A stretch of DNA of 63,976 nucleotides, the filler included, from Basidiobolus ranarum (Eukaryota), in the NCBI GenBank assembly GCA_040143965.1. It is 3 parts of 3 records of this genome, joined end to end, with 100 filler letters (N's around TTAATTAATTAA, not from the genome) between each part and the next. Parts side by side here need not be neighbours in the genome. Positions count along the whole stretch, not along the records: positions 1 to 21,590 come from JASJQH010007077.1; positions 21,691 to 43,203 come from JASJQH010007078.1; 1 more part is not named here. One strand, given 5' to 3'. The notes beneath the pieces are model-generated. The model saw only the letters and a program-made list of their open reading frames with translations, was not told the DNA's origin and searched no databases. Within the stretch, counting starts at the first letter, position 1; each line of letters begins with the position of its first letter. Positions 13,069-26,145 of this stretch are shown here, piece after piece. The translations under genes were made by a program, and so were the position numbers.

Positions 13069-13682
13069 GTCTGAAGCTTACGAGAAAATCCGAGTACGAA
13101 GTAAATATTAAAAGTGAACAGAATATCCTGTCACTGAAAAGAGAAAATCGTCAGAGGAATTGGCACGGGTTTATTCAACCAGTAAACGGCACATTTTTTA
13201 TTTGCAAAGAAAGCGGTGTCACATGATATGCTTCATCATTGATCTAAAAGATGAAAATATTATGCTCTGAACTAGGCGATCACTCTTGCTCTCTTTTGGG
13301 ACTGTAATACGCTATTATATGCACCAATAAAAATACTCGAACTCAAATAATACCTGTATCTCCCTTCAACATTTCGATAATATTTTGAGGGTATTGGCCA
13401 AAAATACATTCGATCTTTGATCATTCAGATTGAATTTGAAGGAAAGCCTTCATTGGGATCATGATTAGTAAACTACATTAGAAGGTCTGTTGTGGTGATT
13501 TTATGCACTAATGATATGTTATACAACTTAGGAGAAACACATGTTTCGGAAGGAAAACATATACAAGAATGAACATCTCGTTTATTCATTGAGTTCACGA
13601 TATTTGCTTAAATGTGCTTAAATATTGAGTATGTACGATTAGAAAATATATGGATTTCTCGATTTTATACCAGCTTATATGC

Positions 13683-16011
13683 TTATTTTCTGCAGCTCAG
13701 CCTTGAATATATCTTTCACATCCTTTACCAAACAAGTACGATCCAACTTAATCATGACACTGTTACCGATAGGCATCAGTTTTATCCAATCTGGAGCGAG
13801 CTCTGACGCTACTTTAACATGGTTGACAACTTCAGCTAAAATTGGAAGTTAGCAAATATTTTCGATAAATGGCGAGTGTCATGAAAATACATACCTTCTG
13901 ATAGAGGTATCTTGTAACTTTCAATGATTTTACGAACCACTTCACCCTGTCGTAAAACGGTCTTTTTGGAGGAAGAAAATATGAAATTGATGGAGTCGGC
14001 AATACTAGGCAGTCGACTAAGTATAGTTTTGCGTGCAAGTACTTCCGGCGAAAGTCCAAACATGATATCTTCATTTCGACGCTTTTCTTTAGCACGAATC
14101 TATAAATAGCAAAATTACAAGGTTAACTAAAGCCCATAGTTTATCGAATAAACTACAATTACTAACTCTATCAAGTAAGGATGATGCTTTAGCTAAAGCG
14201 TTTGAATGTGGTGTTGGTTCGGGGCCATTTGATGGGACTTCCGCTTCTACACCCTTATCCTGCAGGAAACGAATGTTGGTATCATTCGAATTGAAAAGAC
14301 AGTTTGAATGAAGGAAAGCATACCTCAGTTGATTTAGAATTATCTAATTTCAAGGATTTGACAACACTGATGACAGGTCTATCATTTTTGGGAAGTTCAC
14401 ACTTGGGTATATCAGAAACTGAATCAAGATCAAATTGTGGATGCCATTTCAAAAGTGTTCTATTGCTGAAATCGACATTAATGGAGGAAGAAACTAGGAA
14501 TTTCTAAAATGTAACCGACGTTAGGCGATGAAACATCCGCAGAAGAATAGCTATATATATACCTCATGTTCAGCCTTTACTAGGCTAAGTAACCTACGGC
14601 GAAACTCTTTCAAACGTAGCTCAAGTTTGGATCCAGCAAGTTTTAAGTTTTCGTAAATATTGGATTGATCGGTATATGATATCTCTGCGCTATCGCTGAC
14701 CTCGAGCAAAATTGAATCGATACGTTGACCTTGGTGCGTGTATCTGATAGCCTCGTATGTAAACGCTTCCGGATATACTGTCTTTATCTGGGCCAAATGA
14801 TCGAGGGAAAAAGTCCTGACAAAACCATAGACAATTAACACAAACGTACGTACACGAAATAGGCTGCGATTGAACTTACCTATTGCACATATTTTCGACA
14901 GGCTTCTTCATACGATGGTAAACACAGTTAAGGTTTTGACTTTTGAAAAAAACAATAGTATGGTGAAGCGCATGAAAGATCTTCTCTAGTGTTTTAAATT
15001 TATCGGGGAGTGGTAATTCACTTTTTCCCGCTAAGAGGTGTCCGTATTTTTTATATCCTGGCACTGCAGTTTTTGTAGTAGTATTGACTGAGGCAAAAGT
15101 GGTCTCCTTTGATGTTCTAAAATTCCATAAATTAGTCAACTTTAGTTGTCAAGAGCCAGTTTGAAAATCAGATAGACTCACTCTTTGGATTTAGGCTGAT
15201 TTTCATTACTCTGAGATGATTGTAACAGGTGTCGGTATTTAAGGTAGCCTGGAACTTTTTTGTTGTTTTCTGGTAAGCCTTGAGTATCAGAATTAGACTC
15301 TGTTGTAGGTTGTTCAAGGGCCTCTTTTGGGGTGTCCACTTTAAGAGAAATACTGGAGGATTCAATTTTTTTCTCCGAATCATTGTCAACTTGAGTGTTG
15401 GGAATTTGGTCAAAGGAGAAGTTGTTTTTGATTAATCTTTGAGCATCCTCTAAAGCCTTGGCTTGCTCGGGTTTGGGAGCACTGAATATATAACATGTTT
15501 AAACTTTAAAGAATATGAGTGAATTTTCAGTGGATTTTCGGTGTACCTTAATTCAGGTGTATTAAGAAAACTCTTCAACTTGGGTTGAACAAGCTTACGA
15601 CGTGAACGAGTAAGAATTCTATCGATGATATTCTGAGTGCCACCAGGGACCTCAGTTGTTGATTCTTTTTTCGATTCAACATTCTCACCAACTGGTGTTG
15701 TCTGGTGTATGAATATCACGCATTAGGAAGGAACATACACAAGTCTAAGTGAAAAGATAGTAACCTTATTTGTAGTTTTTGAAGCTAGTCGCGCGCTCAA
15801 ACGGGTTTTCTTATTAGGTGGTGAAGCAGATATGGACGTGTCGACTATAGCAATATCTCTTTTCTTTAGAAACGAAAAGTGCTGGTTAGAATGAATTCAT
15901 TAGGGTTAATGTTTGTATATGAAAGTCAACCTTGGTATTCGCGTCTTTTATACCAGTAGTTCCTCTCTTTTGCACAGAGAGGAAGTTTTTGAGCGTTTGT
16001 GTTTGGCTCAT
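13683..16011 (-). CDS. CDT1: DNA replication licensing factor Cdt1, multi-exon (first exons 16011-15931, 15863-15765, then from 15701)
   Basis: LPLPDKFKTLEKIFHAL and FSLDHLAQIKTVYPEAF match the CDT1 winged-helix domain; RLPSIADSINFIF lies in the C-terminal MCM-binding domain; PIP-like motifs sit near the N-terminus. Confidence 0.88.
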
Positions 16012-16040
16012 GTTAAGTACAATTGTAAATGAAGAGACGG

Positions 16041-16050
16041 TTTTCGCGTT
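16041..16050 (-). promoter_or_regulatory. AACGCGAAAA G1/S element (SCB/MCB- or E2F-like) about 30 nt upstream of the CDT1 ATG
   Basis: The + strand reads TTTTCGCGTT, containing the CGCGAAA core, next to a G1/S-regulated gene. Confidence 0.5.
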
Positions 16051-17539
16051 AACTCTATAAAACTGTTAAAGGTAAACAAACAATTGTTTCCAATGTAAGT
16101 ATAATTCGCAGTTCAATGATCTGAACTTCGATCTGACCATAACAATCAATACTATTTTCGGGCTCACAAACATAAAACTGGAGTGTATGATTGGTTGAAT
16201 TTCAATAAGTGAAAATCCATATCTTTTGAATGTATTATTATTGTATAGATTAGTAAATTTTCATCATTGATTTACAGGATCTTATCTGTTTATTTTGCGT
16301 TTAATATGATCACTCATAATATTTCATAATGCTTACGAGATTTCTACCAATCAGTAGAGATAGATAACTGTAAGCTTTGCTATATGATACTGAATTCTGA
16401 AATACTTGCTAACAAATATCCCATCAAGTCATATATTTGGTGTATGCAAATGTATTAGTGGCTCTTAGCAAATGTCATTTGAACATTAGTAGCTAAGATT
16501 GCTTTTCAGTGGAGTATTTCAAAATACAGGTATTCACGGAATGGACTCTGGATGACTTGAAGATAGGCTTGTTGGGGCTAATGAAATCTTTAAAGTAGCA
16601 TGGGCTTGAAATGTCACCCTAGTAATCTCATGTTCAGATGTGCTATACCCAATGATCGAAGATTTGACATCATCAGTAAGTCTAAAATAACCAATTAAAC
16701 ACAGTTTATAAGCTAACTAATTTAAGAGATGTAATAGTTGAAGTAGAAAATGATAAACATGAAGTAAAAAAGAGAAAGCTCCTAGAATCTTTTGGGGGAC
16801 GGGTGTTAACGTTAGAGAAGTAAGGGTCTCCTATTCACTAAACGTTTTTTTATTCTGGAATAATATGAACTTTGAATCATAAATTACTGCATAATATATA
16901 GAAGGCAATGACAGATTCTTGTGGAAATTCACGTAATGCAAGATCAGGTTTTTTAAGAGTACATAGGTATTGGCCAAGAGTATGAGCATCATTAATATCA
17001 TTATGATAGCTATTATTCTTGGCCAGGGTGTCATTTCTGGTAGTACGTTGTACACTCTACAACCTAGGGAACCCCTCCTGTGAATAACTTTGAGTGACTT
17101 ATTCTCCTTAATATTTATCAATCTATTATCAGGACTGAAGAAGAAATCTCATTTAGATTAAATATCAGGATTTCTATTTCTGGTGCTAAATCGTGCTACT
17201 AGCTCCATCTGCAGATTGTTTTGACGGCCAGTTGCCATTCTATAGGGTTATCAAGAAACCGGAATAGCTGAACTCTAGTGATGGTTTCTTTCACCCACTT
17301 CGATATTGATGTAAATTATTGCTCACTCAGAAGTTATTCTTGCGGTTATTTGAATTTTATTGGCTTTACAATTAGGCATCGTTTACATGCCTGACGTTCT
17401 AACATATAAAGGAATGAAAACACAACGACAAGAGATCAATATATATATATATATACAAGTGGTTAGCACCTTATCATTAGGAGACTGGTATCCACAGGTT
17501 GTACGGCGCGTAGGATATCGGATATTTACCAGATGATTT

Positions 17540-19026
17540 TTAAACGTTGATAAGTAGAAAGGGCTCATTGTCCAAGTTATCATGTAAAGATTTGAGGATA
17601 TGATGAGCAACATCGCGATGTTCCCAATAGCTAAAATGTGCTCTAAGGGTGATCATATACCTATGGGCCACGTTATCAATGCGAAGTTTTTCTTGAAGTG
17701 CATGATCCATACGATACTTCAAAGGGGGATGACACAATGGCTCATCTTCAGGGGTTATAGCTTCTGGGATGTCATTGCTAGGCATGCTGGTCGACAGGTC
17801 AGTAATAATCTCGAGGGGCTCGGGCGAATCACTACGAGGGAGTTCTAAAATCTCTTCATTATCAGATACAGAGATATTAGAGTCGGTACTGCTGGCTCGG
17901 TCTTCTGGTACCAGTTGATTGTCAATATTGCTCGGAATATCAGTGAAATCTTTGCTTTGACCACCAACTTTGGATAGGAGAGAAGCAATGAGAGTAGCAA
18001 AGCCAAGATGTGGTAGAGGAAGCGCGTGAGGCTTAACTCTGGGGTAACGAAAAGGCCCAAAACCCAGACGATGGTTCAAGTTGAATCTTGGACTAGAAAA
18101 GACGGGCAAGGTCATAGGAGAGAGCTCTCTATATTTCGGGTCGACCATGGGCTCCATGCGATAAGCCATGGGGTCGAATGGGTGATAAATGTTGTGATGA
18201 ATACAGTAGTCGGGGATCTTATACTGTTCAAATGTTTGATTTCTCATCACCATTACAGCGGCAATTGGACTCCCCATAGAGAATAAAAAGTGTGGCTTGA
18301 ATTTCAGCTTCTGTGGTTTGATATTAATTTTGGCTCGTCCCTCGAGGTTAGCTCCATCTTCTTGGGCACAGAGAATGTCGTAACAACAAATTCCACCCAA
18401 GCTGTATCCAACGAGAGAGAAAGTACCCTTAAAGTTAGGATGGCTTTCCATGTATTTATCGTACTCCTCGTTCATAGATTTGACAATGGTATCCAGTATA
18501 TGTTGACCGCGATCTTGGGTGAAATAATACAAAATATCTGCCATATATTCATGCTGAAAATTCTTTATATTAGGTGGACAATACGGAGGTGTGATGTTAT
18601 CCATATTACTCCCGATACGTTTGTGCAACGAGTTGTGCCATTCTAATAAAAATAAGCAATTAAGATGCAATTCAGAGGATAAAGTTGTGAAGGTGAATGA
18701 CTTACCTATAGGTATTAACTCTGCTTCAACGGTTTGCAATTCTTTTTCATGTTTTAGCACTTTTTTGAGTGATTTCCTAAATCCAGTAACTAAAGTTTGT
18801 AAGCTTAATTAGTCCTCCTTCTACTGATGCCAACGAGAGAAATAAAAACCAACCATTTTCCATGAAAGCATTCTCCTCTCCTAAGGTGGGCCCTATGCCA
18901 TGAACCACAAATAGCACGTGAGTGGCTATAGTTAAGAAAATATGTGAGTATAGATTTAGGCGCCATCAGCAGATAAAAAATCAATATACCATCAGTTTGA
19001 TTTGTCGAAAGAAATGCGGGACTCAT
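17540..19026 (-). CDS. DDHD-domain phospholipase A1 (PA-PLA1/Ddl1-like), 3 exons
   Basis: Spliced MSPAFLSTNQTD|ATHVLFVVHGIG; GYSLG lipase motif; FSMGSP; NIYHPFDPMAYRMEP; AHFSYW. Confidence 0.9.
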
Positions 19027-21590
19027 AGCGCAAAAGCTGGATATATATTTACAAAATTGAAAGGCTCAGCTGAAGTAGGGAAATGGGACTATGAGCATAC
19101 AGAAGACAGGGCAAGTGTTATTATATATGATTTCCAATTTCCCTAAAAGGATTGAGTGGAAATGTATTGGGAAATCTATCCCGAATTCCTGCCAAAACCA
19201 TTGGTAATACATCAAGCGATAGTAGTCTTCGGAAACTGCTGCTTCAATTAACCCGCGGATATAGCAATCAATACATGTGCGATCATGGACGATCAAAGAA
19301 AAAAACATCGATATTTTCGTTCAAGCCCCTGGCTCAACGATAAGGAAGTGTGGTTATTCCTAGTGCTCGGTTCAATCAAACATGCCAACCATCAGCAGCA
19401 TTCCATGGTTCCTATTTGGCATTGTTCCCAAGCTTTAGGGCCAAGGTTAGGAGCGCCATTATATCTTTACCTGCTTTTTCCTGTAGTTTTTGGATTGACA
19501 AACCTTTAGAAGCGCATGAGGTTCACCAGCTTTCTTGCTCTTGCCATATTCACATGGTCTCAACTGATTTAGCTGATAACACAACCCTTCCAAATATAGG
19601 TTCCGATCTTAGATATGTCCCGTTATCCGTATGTGATCCGCAGTTGTTTTTGATCTCAACCTTCTAAATGATCTATTTGGTTTGGCTTCAGGGCTTTCAA
19701 ACTTGGGGAAATTGGAAGAGAATCAAGAATGCATCCAATTCATCGATTCCTTGACTGATTGATTACAAAATTGATCATACTCTCGTGCGATATATATCAC
19801 CAGACTTCTATTAAAACTTGAATAAGTTGGTTATAACGCCTGCCAAGAGGAACACAATCCATATTTACGCTTCATTAATACCTAGTACGGAGGGAGACAG
19901 ATATCATACACAGCTCTTGCGGTGTGAATATCCATTCAAATGGGTGGCAACACCATGTTGTAAAAGAATGATTTTTCATTCTAGGCCCAAGAGTGGAAAT
20001 GCCAAGAAACTATGTAGTTTCTGATGGATTTTTTTAATGCTTGATGGAATTACAAATCAAAAGTAGGCAAGGCGTCATGCTGATATTTTCCCAAGAAAAT
20101 TGGAGTATTTGTTGGTTCATAATGTTTGTTAGATCGTAGAGTAGCAGTTTAAATTAGAGTAACAGTTTAGAGTAGTAGTTTAAAGTAGAGTAACAGTTTG
20201 ACTGGGTCCAAAATGCGAACTTGTTGACTGGGTGGATGGAAGTCATTGATGCTCCAATCAACCAAGCAGTATTTGTCAGCTTAAAGGTGTCTCCATTTAC
20301 AACATCTATTATATATTTTGTAATGCATTGGATCAATATAGCCGTATAAATACACGAATTTGGATGATGATTGACGTTTTGGGGAGTATAATGAAGAGAA
20401 TTGGCGTAATTTACCGGAATATGGTAGTTTCCGAAGAATGCTGAACATGAAATGGTTTTAGCTATACCGATGAGGACTTTTCAACAACCGAAACGGCCAT
20501 ATTTGTACTATCGGAGATGGATCTAAAACACGAGGCATTTCTGAGTTACTTACCAAATTTGCAAACTCATGACGAATCTGTTGCTATGATGATATCAGGT
20601 AAGATGTAAGAAGAGGAGTGCTTAGGGTCAAGTGCTTCCTTTGATGTCATTGTACTTAGGGCTAGTACATCTTCAGTTCAACGCTTAATCGATGTTCCTA
20701 CTGTTGCCAACGGGATAATTTCAATCAAGATCGTTAGCGACAACTGCGGCTATTATCCATATATATTATCTTCATCTATGTTGACAGCCTGTATCAAATG
20801 GAGAGGAATTGCAAATCCAGAGCAGTTGACCTTGTCTCAAGTAAAATGCCATCACTTCACATCATTGGTTTGGAGGCAAAGCGGTTGAAAACGACTATGC
20901 GGCCAAGAACATGTAGATGTATTCAAGGATTCCAATAACTGGCTTACTTTATCCCTTAGTCGATCATGGTGTAACATTTTGGATGCATAGTTAAATGAAG
21001 ATCCCAGCTACGGCTTTCAGCAAGAGGAACTGAGTATGTTCCGCAGTCAAGTTTATCCATCTTTACTGATGAAGCGGAAGTTGTCACAAAGGTAGTTGTG
21101 ATTAGAGATCAGATGTGCTTGCTGATTTGACGCCTATCCTCTTCAATTGCATCAACAATTCGAGTGTATCAAAGCTACTTCCTTGAAGTACATCAACGGT
21201 TCGAACGTGTTAATCATACCTTCTTCAATTCGAACATTTAAGGATTGCTACGGTTTAAGAAGAATTAACTATTTGGTAGAAACATATATACAGTGCAGGG
21301 CCCCTTTAGCATTCCTGTTGACTATATTGAATGGATGAGGGTGAATCTCATAAATAGATTAACAATAACCGCGGACTGAGTCTGATACATAGTTCAGCCA
21401 AGCTCATTTGCCAACGTGGTAGTTTTATTAGTTGAACAAAGAGAATGCCATCTTGACTGTTTATAATCCTCACTATCGGTAAGCAAAGGCATTCTAGGCT
21501 CACCGTGTATAACCGTCAGCACGTGTTTTTGAAGCTGAGTTACAAGTAAGAGTGGATGTCCAGTGGGCGGGTCTACTTTGGTAATGAGTG

Positions 21591-21690
21591 NNNNNNNNNN
21601 NNNNNNNNNNNNNNNNNNNNNNNNNNNNNNNNNNTTAATTAATTAANNNNNNNNNNNNNNNNNNNNNNNNNNNNNNNNNNNNNNNNNNNN
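21591..21690. other. Artificial contig linker N44-TTAATTAATTAA-N44
   Basis: A palindromic 12-mer giving stops in all six frames, centred in exactly 100 nt; an identical linker sits at 43204. Confidence 0.97.
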
Positions 21691-22625
21691 AGAAGGGGTA
21701 GGTTATTTATTAAATACGTTGAAATCGTTAGGAATAAACGGCAGGTAAGTACTAGATGAAAGCAAGGAATGATAGATTACCCGTATAAGTTGATAATTGT
21801 GTTAACTGTATTTACCTCAATCTATGGTGCACGTCAATAGTGGATAATTTACATCTATTGAATATGGTTAGTATATCCAGATTATCTCGACGCCCTTCTA
21901 TAAACGATTCAGGATTGGAATAATCAAGAAACTGGTTGGAGAGGAGTATGTGGAAAGAGCGCTACGTTTAATGTTGCAATCAAATACGGGTTAAGGCCGC
22001 TTTATCTCTACAAATATTGAATCGAAAGTAGCACACACTTAAGGTTAGGTGATGGAGATGACCCATTGCAGTTACAGAAAACAACTGAATACAGCAATCA
22101 ACAGAAGCCCAGCCACCATTTAAAAATTTACTTTAACTCTTGGTATTTTTGTGCAACTACTTTTGGATTGTGCTTGTGACAGTTCGCGTGGAATTGGATC
22201 ATTGTTTCCTTATTTAGATGAATCCACCACCTCATTGACGTCTCATGCGAAAGCTAATGTACTAACTCAGAAAAATATCTCATTTGGTAGCAGTTTGAAA
22301 CACAAAACATACGCAAGATTATTATTTTCCATAATTTTTGGATCTTCCTTGAACTTAATAGTACCAAACTTGTGACAGATCATTCGATCGTAATCTATTA
22401 CCAGTATTGGTTCACTATTAATAACTGCATCCATTTTCTTGACAATCGCCGACCTTATAAAAGAGCAGCCTGTCTCCTCTTCATAGTGTAATATTGTGCC
22501 AAGAATTCACTTCGTTAACTTCACACGGAATACTTGATCCATTCTTTGTTATTAATTGGAGTCATCCGAGCTGTCCTCGATTTAACTCATTTAAGCCACG
22601 GCCAACCCTACGTTTTGTAAGCACA

Positions 22626-23309
22626 ATGGAAAAACCACACACATCCACCACCGCCTCTGATGACGAACTACAAAGTTATACTACAAAAAAACGCCTTAAA
22701 ATGCTCTGCACTATACTTCTTGGCATCCAACTAGTACGTATTTAAATGGTCCACTTGCAATAATAGAGTCCATACTAACATTCATATGTAGTTTATATCT
22801 CTAGCGATTTCAGTTATTTTGGGTATATCAGTGCGACATATCAGTCACGACCCATACTTACCAGGAAATGTACAAATTGACCTCAAGAACCTGAGTGATA
22901 CGCACTATATGTCTTTAGTTGGGTGTGTTTTAACCACCATCAATGCGATTGTGGGTCTTTTTGGAGTTCGAAAGGTAATAACTTCATACCTCGCACATTA
23001 TGCTCGAGAAAGAGAGAAAACTAAATAATCGTTCATTAGGGTGGTTGTGACATGTTAAAAGTTTATGGGATATTTGGCATCATCATAGTACTCATCAAGA
23101 TAGCCTCGAGTTGTCTCTATATCATATGGCGTAGCAAATTTCATGCGATTCTTGTGGTGGCCCCAGTAAGTCAATATAGAAGAGATGATGACATGGAGAT
23201 TGTACTAACAGTTCGGTTTACCTAGTGTTTCGTTGATATTCTGTGCATGGTATGGATTTACCTCTATCGCAATCGTCTTAAGGAAATCACCCATTTCATC
23301 AGCGTGTGA
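22626..23309 (+). CDS. Small hypothetical 4-transmembrane protein, 166 aa; exons 22626-22733, 22792-22974, 23040-23165, 23226-23309
   Basis: Three phase-0 GT-AG introns, two with a clear CTAAC branch site, join four hydrophobic segments in one open frame. Confidence 0.75.
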
Positions 23310-23632
23310 AACCACATTTACCCTTCGTTGTTTATATTGGTTCAATACCAAGGTTGATTTGAGATAGGTGTAAAATATTTGTAAATAAATGAAAGTCGAT
23401 CTATTTTAAACAACATAAATGAAGAATTTATATTTAGTATATGATAGTTTAATTTCATTACTAAATATATTATTGGATGTCAGTGATGATGATAATGAGA
23501 AAGTGATGACCAAAAAGAATATTCTAATGCTTGGTTAGATCAACCCCATGTTCATGCGTGATGATTTCGATTCATCATGAAAATTTGATATAATGGTTGC
23601 TGCTGAGGAGAGAGGTAAGTTACAACCTTACC

Positions 23633-24151
23633 ATGGGAGTTACACGTCAAGTTTTGAAACGCGGTGCTGGCATTCTTTTCCCCAAAAAGGTACTCTATTG
23701 ACTCTAACCTATGTAGTAGCGTTTATCTAACCATATTATTAATCCTAGGGTGATAGAGTGACCATGCATTATGTTGGTACAGTAAGTGAATTTCCAATTT
23801 CAGAGCGGTTCATATCAGGGTTATTGACCATACAATTTTTTCAATAGTTGGAGAACGGTAAAAAGTTCGATTCTTCTCGTGATCGTGGCTCTCCTTTCCA
23901 ATGCAGCATTGGTGTTGGACAAGTCATCCGTGGCTGGGATGAGGGTAAAGAAAATATTTATTATTAATGGAGGAATTACACTAATGGTTATTATTGTTTA
24001 TTCAACATTAGCTGTTCCTGAGATGTCTGTTGGTGAAGTTGCCAAGCTTACTATGACCGGAGACTATGCTTATGGCAAGCGTGGTGTTCCAGGTGTCATT
24101 CCCGAGGATGCTACTTTGATTTTCGAAGTTGAATTACTTGCTGTTAACTAG
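23633..24151 (+). CDS. FPR1: FKBP12 peptidyl-prolyl isomerase, 4 exons
   Basis: [11 protein letters not shown]...[32 protein letters not shown]...[12 protein letters not shown]|...[24 protein letters not shown]. Confidence 0.96.
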
Positions 24152-24667
24152 ACATCATCTATTTAATAAAATAGTCACTGACACTATATATTTAATCCAT
24201 TTACTTTTATGGCTTTAAGCAGGTTGATCATGTTTGACCTTAATTTTCACTTTCCGCTTTCTACTTGCCACTCCATTCTAATTTACAGATCTAATGAATT
24301 ATGTGAAACAGTATAATATAGTATTGTTATCTGGACACCCAATACCCCATCATTTGTTGATGCAATTCAATGGCCATAATTTGTGGGGAGTGTGGATAGA
24401 TTTTATTATCGACAATGAGGCAATAATGAGGGTTGATCGATCCGACATCTCATTGGTAGTAGTAGCAGTATGGTCATCAAAGGGTATCTTTTGAAAGACA
24501 AAAAGACAGCACCAGTTGAAATGAAAAAGAAGCAGTATCTTCAGTTGCAATCAATATAGTTATAAAATATACAGGGGATATATATCCAGCAATAAATGAA
24601 GTAATATTTATGAAGCATGGAATGTAAGATAAACCAAAGAATATATGATGATAAAGAAAGTTCCTAT

Positions 24668-25307
24668 TCAATAAACAGAATGATTGCCTATTTTTTCGCT
24701 GGTTTCTTTTCTCGAAGAGATTTTGTCATTTTTTTTCCCATTTTTCTTGGCATAAAGTAGAGTTGACTTCTTTTTCATTTCTTCTGGATGAAGACGAATA
24801 TAGTGGGGGTCATCGAAATAGAACCACATGGTTTCGGACCTTTTTCGAAATAGTGGAGGTATGTGAGTGAGTGGGTGAATAAATAACTGAACCACTGGGG
24901 TTAAGTAAGCAAAAACGATAAAGGCTCCCGGAGCGTGTACACACTGACTGATATAGAGATTGACTTTATATCGCAGCGAACTTACGAAGGAGCGTTTTAC
25001 GAACCACTCGTTCATCTTCAGAGTAATCAAGATAACGTGTTAATGTCTTTCGCACACGGCGTTCACTTCTTCCCGATCTTCGATCACCATAGTAAATCTG
25101 AGCAATTTGATAGATTTCGCCTGATTGAAAGCGACGACTCCAATGTTCTTCTGGAATGTCTAGGCGAGCGTGGGTCGACTCTTCATCATGAAAATCCATT
25201 GTACATCTCTTCTTATGACTAGAACTAGGGGTATCTGGATTTCGAGAGCGTATCAAAGAATAGAATTTGTGAGCATCTTGGAGCAGAGTGGAGGGTGGAA
25301 GTGACAT
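24668..25307 (-). CDS. Hypothetical basic protein, 182 aa, 2 exons (25307-24986, 24894-24668)
   Basis: A GTAAGT donor and a CTTAAC...CAG acceptor join two ORFs in frame (322+227 nt); AT-rich TATA-like sequence lies upstream; no recognisable domain. Confidence 0.6.
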
Positions 25308-26145
25308 GTTTCAAATAAAGGTGGGTGAATGACAAGAGAATTAACAAGTAATCTTGAGTGAGAGAGAAATATCAGTTTGCGGTACTAAGTACAACTTGCT
25401 CTGATGCAGTTGGAGGAATATTTATACTTCACTCGCTCTTAACTTTCATAGAAGTGATTGAAATTTAATCTATTAAACCCGTTAAGTATGTCGTACAATT
25501 CAAGTTAAATATCCACTAATGAACACTCAAGTGGCCCTGATACATATTGCTTTCCCTTCAAGTGATGCACGAATTAGTAATTACCCAAGCCATCCTCTTG
25601 ACTAGATCCTTTAGGATTAGCAATCCCGCTTCATTAGAGTTGTCTTTGTCATACGAACTTTTTAAACCCCAGTCGTTGTTGAAGTCAGTACTAACCGCAA
25701 AGTTGTCTGCAATAATTGGCATAATGAGCACAAAGTTGGTGGCGGAACATGCATAATATTTGATCAACTAGCAAACTATATACAGGAGATGTAGAGATAC
25801 AGTGGAAATACGTAGCCACTTGATGTGAGAAAAAAAGAATTATGCAGGAGAATGATTAATTTTAGGGGTGTAACATCAATAATGGTTTACATCATAACTG
25901 CGCTAAATGAAATCAAATTTCAGTCACAAAAACGCTCTACATTACTTCATGTCAACGAATCACTTGCCTCTTAAATGTGGAGAGGTCAGACCATATTAAT
26001 TAAGAGCAAAACTGAATTCGTATTTTTAGATTTTAATATCAAATATACACCATTATATGCCACTAGAGCACATAAGCACAAACCGTCAAGTTTGAAAGAC
26101 CGCACATTGAGGATAAGAGTAAGATAGGTAGAGTATATTCAACTG

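Noticed and set aside
19050-21590. Gene-free 2.5 kb with some coding-like patches
   Set aside because: I could not build a consistent frame or recognise a motif; it may be a decayed gene or TE, but I cannot support that.
21635-21646. Perfect palindrome TTAATTAATTAA
   Set aside because: It is an assembly linker, not biological sequence.
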